A stretch of 64,000 bases of DNA. Source: Vampirovibrionaceae bacterium NZW_1234. GTDB lineage: Bacteria; Cyanobacteriota; Vampirovibrionia; Vampirovibrionales; JAGQHJ01. The notes below the pieces were generated by a model. The model was given only the letters and a program-made list of their open reading frames with translations, made no database searches and had not been told where the DNA came from. A program made the translations under genes and the position numbers. The stretch covers positions 93,415 through 157,414 of the forward strand of contig JBGUGD010000009.1 of assembly GCA_041697335.1 (NCBI GenBank). Reading direction: 5' to 3'. Shown here piece by piece: positions 17,779 through 27,633 of the stretch; position 1 is the stretch's first letter, and every line of letters starts with the position of its first letter.

Positions 17779-19023
17779 ATGGTTGCATCAGGAATTACAC
17801 GTCGACCGATACAGGGGCCCGGACAGGGCCAGCCAGTACAGGGTGCTGGAGCTAGTGGCAATTCTGGTATACAGGAAGGTACCCAGATAAATATGACTGG
17901 CAACACAGGTGTTAATGGTGAAAACACACCTGAAGCTGTCAACAACTTAGCCTCGGATGCAGAAGGCCCTGAAGATTTTGATTTTACTGGTTTAGAGGAT
18001 GATAACTCTACGAATGGTGCTGGTAATGGACCCACAGCTGCTAATGGAGCCAGCGGACCTGCCGGAGCCTCTGGTGCTGCAGGCGCCAGTGGAGCTTCAG
18101 GTGCTGCCGGAGCTTCTGGAGCAAATGGTGCTCAACCTGCAAATGGTGCGGGTAATGGTCAACGTCCCACATTTAACGGAACCAACGGACCCGAGGGGGC
18201 CCAGGATTGGACCGGTGAAGAATTCAATGCCAATAACATCGAAGAAGCCGGACAAGCCGCAAATGACAAAGGGATTGGTGTTCAGGGCGATGTCCAAGCC
18301 CAGGTAGCGGCAGCCGAGAAATTCTGTCAGGAAGCCATTGCACATAACCAGCGCTTGCTGCAACAGCTTGGTGGCGGCGGTGAAGGTGGCGACTCTGCCG
18401 GAGGTGCAGGTGTTGAAGGACCTGCCGGTGGCGTCGGTGAAACACCAAGTGCCGGTGGTGGTGAAGGTACCGATGGTGGTGGCGGACTCGGAGGCAGTGC
18501 CGGCCAGCAGCCCGTAGATATTCCATCACAAGTCTGGAGTAAAACCGCTGATGGTCAAGACAACCAAGAAGGTATCCAGGCCCTGCAACAGGTCGTTCAA
18601 CGCTACAAGCCCCAAAACGATCCGCTCGTTCAGCAGATCCGTCAGCGCCAAGGCGGCGGTGAAGCAGCTAATGGTGGTGAAGGTAACAACGGGGCTCCTG
18701 CCAACGGGGCGAATGGAACTCCCACCAATGGAGCCAATGGCGCTAATGAAGTAAATCCGGCCGGTGGCGAAGGCAACCAAGATAAACCATTAAATGAAAT
18801 GTCTGCAGATGAAATTCGGGCACTGACGCCGGAACAGCTGCAAGCCAAGGAAGCTGAAATGGAAGAAGCCGGTACCGGTGCAACGCTTGATGAAGAGCAA
18901 CAAGCTGCGGTTGAAGAAGTTCGATCCAGAGGCCAGCAGCCTACCGAAGAGGCTAACAATGGTGATAACCTGGTTCAGGGTAATTTCGACCAACAGCAGC
19001 CTCGTCGGGCCGTGAATGCATAG
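17779..19023 (+). CDS. Acidic Gly/Ala/Asn-rich low-complexity protein C (paralogue of protein A)
   Basis: GGGAGG 8 nt before ATG 17779 (preferred over GTG 17746); GASGAA repeats; core shared with protein A. Confidence 0.85.
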   Translation: MVASGITRRPIQGPGQGQPVQGAGASGNSGIQEGTQINMTGNTGVNGENTPEAVNNLASDAEGPEDFDFTGLEDDNSTNGAGNGPTAANGASGPAGASGAAGASGASGAAGASGANGAQPANGAGNGQRPTFNGTNGPEGAQDWTGEEFNANNIEEAGQAANDKGIGVQGDVQAQVAAAEKFCQEAIAHNQRLLQQLGGGGEGGDSAGGAGVEGPAGGVGETPSAGGGEGTDGGGGLGGSAGQQPVDIPSQVWSKTADGQDNQEGIQALQQVVQRYKPQNDPLVQQIRQRQGGGEAANGGEGNNGAPANGANGTPTNGANGANEVNPAGGEGNQDKPLNEMSADEIRALTPEQLQAKEAEMEEAGTGATLDEEQQAAVEEVRSRGQQPTEEANNGDNLVQGNFDQQQPRRAVNA

Positions 19024-19123
19024 TCTGTTCTGATTCGTTTAATCCACTCTTTCAATATGTGAATGTAAGTTCGTAAGGAAGTAAACCAGTATTCAAGCGT
19101 GTTGAACGCAAACACATACAGCC

Positions 19124-19151
19124 AACCCCTCGAGGCAACTCGAGGGGTTTT
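19124..19151 (+). terminator. Intrinsic terminator
   Basis: aacccctcgag-gcaa-ctcgaggggtttt. Confidence 0.8.
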
Positions 19152-19212
19152 GGTCTTTGTCGTAAAATGTGAAAACAAACCGATTCCCTCAACCTATGGG
19201 AGATTGTCCGCC

Positions 19213-19806
19213 ATGAGCCTGTATCGCACCCTGGAATCCATGTTGCCTTGTGCCAAATGCGGCACCGAGCGCCACGTCACTGTTCAGTTCAATACCGGAG
19301 AAGACAACCTGGAGAGTTACCATCAGGGACAACTGGTCATGGGCGATCCCCTATTTTATCAGGGCGCATGCTTCCCGGCCCAGATGGAAGGGTACTGCGA
19401 AGCCTGTATTGGCTTACGGCGTCAGGAGGAGTACCGGGCCTTCTACCAGTGCTTAACGCAATTTGTGGCTGATGGGCGCTTAATGGTGCGTATGGGCAAA
19501 CTGGTGCGCAAGTGGCTCAGCGCCGAGGAACTTCAACTCATCGGCAAAGCCCGGTTGGCCGATCTGCTGGCCAAGGGCAAACCTGTCCCTAACCCTTTTA
19601 GCGAACTCAAAGCCTTCGACCCCCTGTGGAACCGGGAGCCGTTAATCCAGGGTTCTCCCGAATATGTGGATTTTCTGGATACCATTACGCCGATGATGAA
19701 CAACGCCATGGCCGATGCCGGCTGGCCGCCGTTGGCCCTGATTCGCCGGGACATCCAGGTTTGTGTCGATGACGCCAAAACCTTGCAGGTGGCTTATATC
19801 AGTTAA
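19213..19806 (+). CDS. Hypothetical protein with two CxxC motifs
   Basis: GGGAG before ATG 19213; CAKC and CEAC; coding-like codon usage. Confidence 0.7.
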   Translation: MSLYRTLESMLPCAKCGTERHVTVQFNTGEDNLESYHQGQLVMGDPLFYQGACFPAQMEGYCEACIGLRRQEEYRAFYQCLTQFVADGRLMVRMGKLVRKWLSAEELQLIGKARLADLLAKGKPVPNPFSELKAFDPLWNREPLIQGSPEYVDFLDTITPMMNNAMADAGWPPLALIRRDIQVCVDDAKTLQVAYIS

Positions 19807-19817
19807 TGCCGTAAACC

Positions 19818-20474
19818 CTATTTCTCGCTGAACCCGGATTCAATGGCCCACACAATGGCTTCCGAGCGGGTATTCACCCCAATTTTACTGTAAATGTTAT
19901 ACAAATGATTATGGACGGTTTTGGGGCTGACCATCAGGAGTTCGGCCAGTTGCTGGTTGGAGTACCCTCGGGTCAGGGCCGACAGGACTTCCTTTTCCCG
20001 ATCCGTCAGCGCATCGAAGATATCTTCTTTGGCCGTAAATTTTGCCGAATTCAGCTTTTCGGACAAATCGGCAGACAGATCCAGGGTCTCACCGGCAATG
20101 ACCCGATGAATGGAGCTAATCAGTTCTTCAATCTGAACATCTTTCAATAAAAAGCCCTTCACCCCCAGATCCAGGAATTTCTTCAACACCAGCGTGTCAT
20201 CCTGATTCGTCAGCACAATAATCCGAGCCGCTGGCCATGCTGTCATAATGGCCCGGCTCGCCTCGTACCCGTTCACTTTGGGCAGGTTGATGTCCATCAG
20301 AATGACATCCGGCTTTAGCGCCAGTGCCTGCATAATGGCATCTTCCCCGTTGTCGGCTTCGCCACAGATCTCGATCTGTGAATCCGTGGCCAAGAGCTGC
20401 TTCAGTCCTTGACGCAAGATCGTGTGGTCATCAATCAGTAACACGCGAATGGCAGTTGTCTCTGTCATAGTCAT
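19818..20474 (-). CDS. NarL/LuxR-family DNA-binding response regulator
   Basis: REC (IDDH, MDINLP) plus LuxR HTH (LTDREKEVL..SNQQLAELL.VSPKTVHNH). Confidence 0.95.
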   Translation of the reverse strand: MTMTETTAIRVLLIDDHTILRQGLKQLLATDSQIEICGEADNGEDAIMQALALKPDVILMDINLPKVNGYEASRAIMTAWPAARIIVLTNQDDTLVLKKFLDLGVKGFLLKDVQIEELISSIHRVIAGETLDLSADLSEKLNSAKFTAKEDIFDALTDREKEVLSALTRGYSNQQLAELLMVSPKTVHNHLYNIYSKIGVNTRSEAIVWAIESGFSEK

Positions 20475-21607
20475 TTGGCAATCGTAATCTCCATACAGGC
20501 TCCATGACTGGCATTGTTGGCCAGAGAAAAAGTACCGGCCAATTCCTTGATCCGCTCTTTTAACCCGACCACACCCAGGTGGCCGTTTTGAACCAGGGTC
20601 TCATCCGACGGCATCACGGTCCAGGGCAACCCAATGCCATCATCCTGAATCTGAAATAAAAATTGCTCGGAGGTTTCCTCAATCACCACATCAATGGTCT
20701 CGGCCTGACTGTGTTTAATACAGTTGCGAATTCCTTCCTGCAAGATCCGAAACAAGTGCAATAACTCTCGCTCATTGAATCGGGATTCAAACCGCACATG
20801 CCCGTCCGTATCGGCTAAAGGCCGGTAATCCAGCATAATCCCAACCTCCGGGGTTTGCTGCCGGATCTTTTCGATAAACTGCTCCAATGCGGGAATCAAC
20901 CCCAGGGCGAACAAAGGCTCCGGTCTCAAGTCCCGACAAATCTGGCGTACCGTTTTCAGCGTCTCTCCCAGTTCCTGGCCGATGTTGCGAAGCTGCTCCT
21001 TCAGCTTATCCGACCCGCCGGAGTCGGCAATTTCCTTCTGGCACAACTGCAACTGAAAATTCAAAAACGTCAGCCGCTGGGCCAAATCATCATGAAGCTC
21101 TCGGGAAATGTTCAGCCGCTCCGACTCAATATGCTCCTCATAGGTCATCAGCAACCGGTTCATTTCCTTGTTGACCGTTCCCAGCTTCTGGTTCAACTTC
21201 TGCATGTTCGTTTTCGTGTCGATCATCCACGGAATCCACTCAAAGAACCCGTAGGCAATCAGGGAAATCCCGCCGGTATAACCCAAAATTTTCTTTAAAA
21301 ACGCCTGCTCCCAACTCCGGCCAAAGGGAATGTCCCAGCTCTGTAACACGGCCACCACGGGCGGATCATCCAGAATATCCACCCAGCTGCCAATCATCAG
21401 AAAACCCAGGCCCCACACAATCTTGGTCCACCCCACCTGCTTCATTTCCGGATACTTGATCTGGCAAATAATGGCAAATACAAAAATGGCCGACACCACC
21501 AGCCCATGCACAATCTCCACCAAAATGGTTTCCATTTGCCAGACATTATCAAAATAAGCCAGCAACGCACCAAAGGCGATCAATAGAAAAAAGACCTTGA
21601 GATTCAT
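20471..21607 (-). CDS. Membrane sensor histidine kinase (HisKA_3, NarX/DegS type)
   Basis: 4 TM segments; ERLNISRELHDD, QEGIRNCIKHS, DDGIG, GHLGVVGLKER; 4-nt overlap with the regulator. Confidence 0.93.
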   Translation of the reverse strand: MNLKVFFLLIAFGALLAYFDNVWQMETILVEIVHGLVVSAIFVFAIICQIKYPEMKQVGWTKIVWGLGFLMIGSWVDILDDPPVVAVLQSWDIPFGRSWEQAFLKKILGYTGGISLIAYGFFEWIPWMIDTKTNMQKLNQKLGTVNKEMNRLLMTYEEHIESERLNISRELHDDLAQRLTFLNFQLQLCQKEIADSGGSDKLKEQLRNIGQELGETLKTVRQICRDLRPEPLFALGLIPALEQFIEKIRQQTPEVGIMLDYRPLADTDGHVRFESRFNERELLHLFRILQEGIRNCIKHSQAETIDVVIEETSEQFLFQIQDDGIGLPWTVMPSDETLVQNGHLGVVGLKERIKELAGTFSLANNASHGACMEITIAK

Positions 21608-21792
21608 CGGGTGTCCAATCCAATCTTAGAAAGGGAAATAAGGGTGCATCCTCATTATACGGGAAGCCGGATAGAAAAAACCGACCACTCTGTCAGAATG
21701 ATCGGGGTTGTAAACGTTAAGGAGTTTTGGGGGTCAATTAGGTAAGGATTAAGGTAAGGAAACTTGATGAAGCTCTCGTGTGCTTCGATACT

Positions 21793-22208
21793 CCCTATTC
21801 AACCAAACCCACACCCCACTGCCATGAGGAATCTTTCCCCACTTCCCTAGGTATTCTTTCCTATCTTCTCGTATGTTTGATGTATTTGTGCACATTATCA
21901 ATAATGGGGGCCTTGCCCCCAAACCCCCACCAAAGGGCCACCTGGCCCTCTGGACACCCAACCGGGATAGTTAGGGAGGGGGCCTTTTCTAAAATATGTG
22001 ACCTGGAGGTTTAAATGCCCCCTCCCTAACTATCCCACACGGGGTTCCAAGGGGCCGTAAGGCCCTTTGGCAGGGGTTTGGGGACAGCGTCCCCATTATC
22101 GACAGGGCGCACGGATACGGCAAACACATGGAGAAGATAGGAAAGAATACCCAGGGAAGTGAGGAAGATTTACTCAGGAAAGGGTTGATTGGTTTTGGTT
22201 GAATGGGG
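21793..22208. repeat. Long imperfect inverted repeat (two ~190-bp arms, 33-nt spacer), MITE/REP-like
   Basis: 21793-21983 aligns to the reverse complement of 22017-22208 (e.g. ggtattctttcctatcttctc; gggatagttagggagggggc). Confidence 0.85.
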
Positions 22209-22254
22209 ACAGTTGGACATAGCTTTACGTTACACAGCGAAGGAGTATTCACCG

Positions 22255-22581
22255 ATGATCACGTTGGACAATGTTTTAGCCGGGTTGACCCAAGGCTTGC
22301 AGGGCAATAATAAAGCTGGCGGTGGTCAGAGTGCAACCGCAAATCCGTTGGAAGGATTATTAAGTGGTGTTGTGTCGTCCTTGACCGGGCCGTCTGAGGA
22401 TGTTGCCGAGATCGGGCCTCGCAAAGCCAAAGCGGCTAAATCCGAGAGCCAGCAACAGAGCGGTGGTTTGGTCAGCAATCTGCTGTCTCGGGGCAAGAGT
22501 TTGGCCATGACCGTTGCCGTTGGCCTGGGGTTGTATTATTTGGCAAAACGGTTCTTTTCGGGAAATAATGGCAATCAATAG
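22255..22581 (+). CDS. Small hypothetical protein with C-terminal membrane anchor
   Basis: AAGGAG before ATG 22255; LAMTVAVGLGLYYLAKRFF. Confidence 0.7.
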   Translation: MITLDNVLAGLTQGLQGNNKAGGGQSATANPLEGLLSGVVSSLTGPSEDVAEIGPRKAKAAKSESQQQSGGLVSNLLSRGKSLAMTVAVGLGLYYLAKRFFSGNNGNQ

Positions 22582-22633
22582 GCCGGACTGGTTTTATTAG
22601 CAGTCTGCGACAAGATAGGAATTTGTAACGCTC

Positions 22634-23470
22634 ATGTACGGTCCCAGCTTGCTTCCCTATGTACTTCATTCCCAAGGCCCATCCGTGGGTTGGCAGAATG
22701 TGGTGGATCGATCCGCCGAACAGTATTACAGCTGGGGTAACATTAAGACCCAGATGGCGTTGAATTCGGCGGCGCAGTCCATGTTTAGCGATCGGGACAA
22801 CCCGATGGGGGCAGCCGGAAGTGCTCTGGTTACCTATGGGGCGTTAACGGCAGGCGAAAAGTTTTTCGGGCTGTATGGCCGGATGCTGAAGCGTTTTTCG
22901 GAGAATCATCCCGGCTTTGCCGAGTTTCGAAACACGCACCCCATTATCGGCAATATCCTGGCCTGGGGGCCCGGCGTGGGGCTTGGCGTTGCAGGCGGGG
23001 CTGCGGCCTTTGCCGTTGGCCGAAGCATTCTGGCCAATGGTATGAAAGCCGGTGTATTTAATGCGTTGAATGCGAATCCGCTGGTTCGCACATTAGTTTT
23101 AGGAGGCATTCTGGTCGGTGGCCTGGCCACCTCGTTCCTGGGAATTTTTGCTCGCAAGGGCATTGGGGAATTGTCCGATTCGGGGAAAGAGTATCGCGAG
23201 GCCCGCAAGGTCAATCCGACCATGGCGCCGGATCAACTTAAGCAGTTGGTCAAGGCGACTCGGAACCAACGTATTTTGAATCAACAGCTGCAAGCCCAGG
23301 AAGAAACCCGACGCTCCCAGCTGGATCCTTTTTACAAGGCCCGTCCGGTCCAGCGTCAAGATGAGGTGGTTAATCCAAGACTAAATCCGGCGCCGATGCA
23401 GACGATGTCCAATCAATGGCAATGGCAGCCTGCGGAGAGACCGGTATCTCGCCAGCTTCAGTGGGCATAG
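22634..23470 (+). CDS. Hypothetical membrane protein (Gly-rich TM helices, Gln-rich tail)
   Basis: GPGVGLGVAGGAAAFAVG and LVLGGILVGGLATSFLGIF segments. Confidence 0.75.
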   Translation: MYGPSLLPYVLHSQGPSVGWQNVVDRSAEQYYSWGNIKTQMALNSAAQSMFSDRDNPMGAAGSALVTYGALTAGEKFFGLYGRMLKRFSENHPGFAEFRNTHPIIGNILAWGPGVGLGVAGGAAAFAVGRSILANGMKAGVFNALNANPLVRTLVLGGILVGGLATSFLGIFARKGIGELSDSGKEYREARKVNPTMAPDQLKQLVKATRNQRILNQQLQAQEETRRSQLDPFYKARPVQRQDEVVNPRLNPAPMQTMSNQWQWQPAERPVSRQLQWA

Positions 23471-23585
23471 GGGTGATTATCCTGCTTCGGTGGGAATAAA
23501 AAATACAGTCTGTACGGGCAGGCATGAAAATCCTGTGACCGGTTTTTTTTAGGATATTCAAAAGTTTATCCTGAAAGGATTTCCT

Positions 23586-25379
23586 GTGGTACGCATTATG
23601 CTGTTCAGCAGGAACCAGGGGCCTCCGAGGCGTGTCGGCGTTGCTGCCGGTGGCGGTGTTGCCCCACGAAACGTGTTAAACCGGGTTGCGCTGCCGCATC
23701 CGGTCTCGCAACCTAGGGCTGAATCAGTACGCTTTGGCGGCGTCACGGGGACTCTGGCGGATCGTCACTGGATGTCTCCAAAAGCCTTTCAAAACCTGTT
23801 AAACATTGCCTCAACGCCCTACATTGGGCGGTTGCCTGACGCTTTGCGCCAGGCGGTCGAGGGCTCGCCCAAGCAGGTGTATCAGGCCCTGGATGAACTG
23901 GCACCGTTGTTGCGCAAGCTCCGAAATTGTGACACGGATGATTTGGCGTTTCGTATCGGCCCATCCAACGTCCCAGTGACCCTCCACCAGATTGGCTCGG
24001 GCAGCTATGGGATTGTCTATCGCCTGACGGTCAATCAGCAGTCGTTTGCCTTAAAGGTTTACCACCACACCACGGAAGTATCTACCCATGGCTCCTATGG
24101 CGAAAGTGCGACGGGACTCTATTTTTCTCAACAAAACCTGAAGGATGTGGCCCGGTTTCATTTCGGCAATCCCAAGGCCGGGTGGGGGGTCTTCGAGTTG
24201 ATTACCTCCGGGATGTCGGTCGCCACGCGAAAAGGCCAATCCATTAAAGCGTTTCCGGTTGTTTTGGAAGACGATCGGGATGTGAATCGGATAAATGGCA
24301 TCCGGGTCGACTATGGAGGTATTCTTAAAAGCAGTCAACGCCGAGAGAGGAAAAAACTCGGCGGGTATCCGCAGGCAACAGTCAATCCAGACAGCGGGAT
24401 CCAGGCAAGTAATCCGTCAAGACTTTATAACCTCCCCCAGGACGAACGCTATGAAGCTTTCCTGAAGCTCATGCAGTCGAAGCAGCCTTTCGCCCTTCTT
24501 GATGCGGTTTCTCAGATTGACAATTTGCCGGAGCAATGGCGCTATGAAGCTTTTAATCAGGCGATGCATACCGGGGAACAATGGGTACAAGCCAAGGCGG
24601 CGTCAAAACTCTTCTGTCTGTCGCCTGAATTTAGGGTGGAAGCCTTTCGTCAAGCGATCCAAACCACCGACATCATGGTGCAGGCCAATGCTTTGTCGCA
24701 ACTGAAGTGCCTCCCCACTGAATTTCGACAAGAAGCCTTCGAGTGGGGGATCAAAACCCACATCCCAGCATTGCAGTCTGTGGTTGCGTCTGAAATTTAC
24801 AGTCTACCCGAAGAATTCATCAATACGGCCTTTCAACGGGCCATGCAAACCCGGGACCCATTGGTTCAAAGCAATGCTGCATTGGGGATATCTCAATTGC
24901 CCCCGGCCTTCCGGCACGATGCGTTTGAGCAGGCCATGCAAACCGAGGATCCGTCTCTTCAGGAGATCGCGGTTTCTCAACTATTCAGTCTTCCCAGTGA
25001 GGTTATTCCAACGATTTATCACCGCGTGATGCAGACCCAAAACCCCATGTTTCAGGCGAGTGCGGCGTCGCAGATCGGTGCGTATCCATGGACGTTCCGG
25101 CAAGACGCGTTTCAGCAGGCCATGAAAATTCAGGACCCGAGGGTGCAAGCCAGTGCCGCTTCTCAGATCTCCAGCCTGCCTCCCGAAGATCGGCAAGAAG
25201 CTTTTGAGCAGGCACTACAAACCAACAACCCGGATGTTCAGGCCAGTGCCGCAAGTCAAATCTATAGCTTCCCCAAGGCATTCAGGCCCAACGCAGTTCA
25301 GATGTATGCAGACGCCATGGCGCGTCATGGGGCGTTGCAGTGTGTGAAAGACCTGACCCTCATCACCGCTTCAGCCTGA
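23586..25379 (+). CDS. Protein-kinase-like domain fused to ~9.5 tandem 31-aa HEAT-like repeats; SVRFGG motif near the N-terminus
   Basis: IGSGSYGIVY, FALKVY, DDRDVN, VDYGG; repeat IxxLPxEFRxEAFxQAMQTxDPxVQAxAASQ; start uncertain (23586 or 23598). Confidence 0.8.
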   Translation: MVRIMLFSRNQGPPRRVGVAAGGGVAPRNVLNRVALPHPVSQPRAESVRFGGVTGTLADRHWMSPKAFQNLLNIASTPYIGRLPDALRQAVEGSPKQVYQALDELAPLLRKLRNCDTDDLAFRIGPSNVPVTLHQIGSGSYGIVYRLTVNQQSFALKVYHHTTEVSTHGSYGESATGLYFSQQNLKDVARFHFGNPKAGWGVFELITSGMSVATRKGQSIKAFPVVLEDDRDVNRINGIRVDYGGILKSSQRRERKKLGGYPQATVNPDSGIQASNPSRLYNLPQDERYEAFLKLMQSKQPFALLDAVSQIDNLPEQWRYEAFNQAMHTGEQWVQAKAASKLFCLSPEFRVEAFRQAIQTTDIMVQANALSQLKCLPTEFRQEAFEWGIKTHIPALQSVVASEIYSLPEEFINTAFQRAMQTRDPLVQSNAALGISQLPPAFRHDAFEQAMQTEDPSLQEIAVSQLFSLPSEVIPTIYHRVMQTQNPMFQASAASQIGAYPWTFRQDAFQQAMKIQDPRVQASAASQISSLPPEDRQEAFEQALQTNNPDVQASAASQIYSFPKAFRPNAVQMYADAMARHGALQCVKDLTLITASA

Positions 25380-25466
25380 AACCGTACCCGGCCTGCATTT
25401 AAAATGGCATGGCCTCACCCGGTTGATGAAGGTGCGACGTTCGGGCAAGGGTGGTAGGATGGGACC

Positions 25467-26495
25467 ATGATGCTTCGACGCCGTATTTTAGCGCTTTTGA
25501 TTCTCGTGCTTGGGTTGGCCGGGCAGGGGCATGTGGCCGCACAGAAATCGGATCAATCGGAGTTGGATCAAGCGGCCATGAAACAGGCCGTTTCCCACGA
25601 GGGATTGCGCGGGATGATCCACGGGGCCAATCCCGCCACCGGGGCCTATGTGCTGACCGTTCGTCATCCCCAGGATTTTTTTGACAGCATGGAGATTTCC
25701 CTGGTCCCCGCCTCGCCTGAAGTGCGACAAACCTTGGCCCGCTTGAAGCGGCATGACCAGGTTCGGGTGAAAGGCGCGTTTCTGAATAATCCCTCTCCCC
25801 AACCACACCTTCAGGTCGCGGAGGTAATCCTGGAAACCCCATGGCAACCTTCAACCATGGCTTCGCCCAGCCGGAAAACCCTTGAATCGAATATGCCTGC
25901 CACACTCCCGTCCTCTGGGGAACTAGTCGGCATCGTGCATGCCCTCCTGGAAGAGGGGCGGCTGTTGGTGGTCGAAGCCGGACAGCAGGTCTGGCCCGTG
26001 GTTGTGACTGATCCCGCATGGACACGTGATCTGTGGCGGGGGGATGGGATCCGGATGACCTACCGCACCCAGGGGTGGCCGCCTGAACCCACGCATTTAA
26101 TGTTGGAAAATCGTGCCGAAACCCCGCTGGTGGTTTTTGAGCGTTTGCAGATGGTGCATCAGAAACCCCTAACCCTCACCGGGGCCTTGGTCTTGTTTCC
26201 TCAAAGCCCGATTATTAACCGCGATGTCTGGGCCATTGAACAAACAACACCGGAAGGGCTCACCCGGTATTTTACGTTGGTCAATTTTGATGACCCCGAT
26301 GAGTTTTCAAAAATCGATGCCCGGCTTCGCCGATGGTGGGACGCCGAATCGGCCACGGCCGTTTCCGGCCGGAACAAATTCATCAACCCCAAACTCCTGA
26401 TTCAGGCTTCCGGCGTGGCCAATATTGAATCGCCGAATCAGGCCAATCCCCAATTAACGGTTCGTGTTCAGCATCTTGTGAAAGTTCAAAAATAA
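25467..26495 (+). CDS. Hypothetical exported protein
   Basis: Sec-type signal MMLRRRILALLILVLGLAGQGHVAA; beta-rich body. Confidence 0.75.
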   Translation: MMLRRRILALLILVLGLAGQGHVAAQKSDQSELDQAAMKQAVSHEGLRGMIHGANPATGAYVLTVRHPQDFFDSMEISLVPASPEVRQTLARLKRHDQVRVKGAFLNNPSPQPHLQVAEVILETPWQPSTMASPSRKTLESNMPATLPSSGELVGIVHALLEEGRLLVVEAGQQVWPVVVTDPAWTRDLWRGDGIRMTYRTQGWPPEPTHLMLENRAETPLVVFERLQMVHQKPLTLTGALVLFPQSPIINRDVWAIEQTTPEGLTRYFTLVNFDDPDEFSKIDARLRRWWDAESATAVSGRNKFINPKLLIQASGVANIESPNQANPQLTVRVQHLVKVQK

Positions 26496-26528
26496 AAATC
26501 ACTCCGATAGAGTATCGGAGTGATTTTT
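26494..26528. terminator. Bidirectional terminator
   Basis: aaaaatcactccgata-gag-tatcggagtgattttt. Confidence 0.85.
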
Positions 26529-26548
26529 TGTATTATCCTGAGAATCGA

Positions 26549-27349
26549 TTACATCGATTTTAAAGCGGCCGCCAGTGCTCTAAAGGCATCACGTTGTGTA
26601 AACTGGCTGGTGCCACCCAATAATTCATCCGGCTTTTCAGACATTTTCCGTTTCATGAATTTCAGATTCGTCTTTTCAATTTGCGGAATGTCTAAGCTAT
26701 CAATATTAACCTTGTCCAGAACAAAGCCAATGACTTCACCCAGAATTTGATTGACTTGTTCATCGGTTGTGGCGACATCAAGTTGAGACTTTAATGCTTC
26801 AAGTTTGCTTTGATCAACATTACTCAGCCCACCTTTTTTCAGAATTGCATCGAGGGCTTTTCCGGTAAAGCTTTTTGTCTGAGCTTGATTGGGGCCATCG
26901 CCGTTTTCTGCCAGGAATGTGGCCTGGTTTTTAATGTCATCTGCAAGTTTGTTTGCTTCAGTCTTATTTTGTTCTTTAATCTGGCCCGGTGTTTTCGGTT
27001 TTTCCAAGCGCTCGTTTAACAGCTTCATCAGGTTTTTAATTTGTTCTTCTTGCTTTTTCATCTGCTTGGTCATGGCTTCCAACAACTTGTTGGTATTACC
27101 GGTATTTAAAGCAATTTGCCCCAGAAGCATATCACCAATGCTGGGCATCCCGAAGTTGGGCATGCCGTTGGGAATTCCAAAGTTGGGGATTCCGCTGCCA
27201 CCACCTGCGGTGGGAGTTCCGCCCAGAGGAATGGTGACCCCGGTTCCAGGGGTGTTGCCACCAAATGTCACCGATGAACTGCTAGTGCCATTGGCGTTAA
27301 AGTTAAAATTGAACGAAACTGTTGCAGCCGTATTAATACCGTTACTCAT
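26549..27349 (-). CDS. Hypothetical protein: low-complexity N-terminus, coiled coil, helical C-domain (paralogue of 30131..31018)
   Basis: GGAGG before ATG 27349; C-terminal ~125 aa closely match 30131..31018. Confidence 0.85.
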   Translation of the reverse strand: MSNGINTAATVSFNFNFNANGTSSSSVTFGGNTPGTGVTIPLGGTPTAGGGSGIPNFGIPNGMPNFGMPSIGDMLLGQIALNTGNTNKLLEAMTKQMKKQEEQIKNLMKLLNERLEKPKTPGQIKEQNKTEANKLADDIKNQATFLAENGDGPNQAQTKSFTGKALDAILKKGGLSNVDQSKLEALKSQLDVATTDEQVNQILGEVIGFVLDKVNIDSLDIPQIEKTNLKFMKRKMSEKPDELLGGTSQFTQRDAFRALAAALKSM

Positions 27350-27409
27350 AATCCCAGCCTCCAATATGTCCTTACTTAAATATCAGCACATTGTGTTACC
27401 TTGTATAAA

Positions 27410-27437
27410 TATAAAAACAAGGTTAAGAGACTTTTTG
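27410..27437 (-). promoter_or_regulatory. Shared promoter-like motif CAAAA-N14-GTTTTTATA
   Basis: Minus-strand copy followed by TTTATACAA as at 14224 and 17468. Confidence 0.65.
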
Positions 27438-27633
27438 ATAGTTATTTTTAAATAGTCACGATTTTTAAAATTGTATATCTGATAGACGACGTTCAGAATG
27501 CTTTTGAACGTAAAATACGGATCCAAGCGGGATTAAAAGCATGGGCATCAGAAGTGTCCTTCCACCGAAAAACCAGCACGCGATCACCCATTTCGGGAAC
27601 CTGAGAAGAGAGAATTGATGCGATCCCGGGGCT

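Noticed and set aside
21749..22252. Short mutually similar ORFs on opposite strands
   Set aside because: A by-product of the long inverted repeat; no good RBS and the frames are not conserved end to end.
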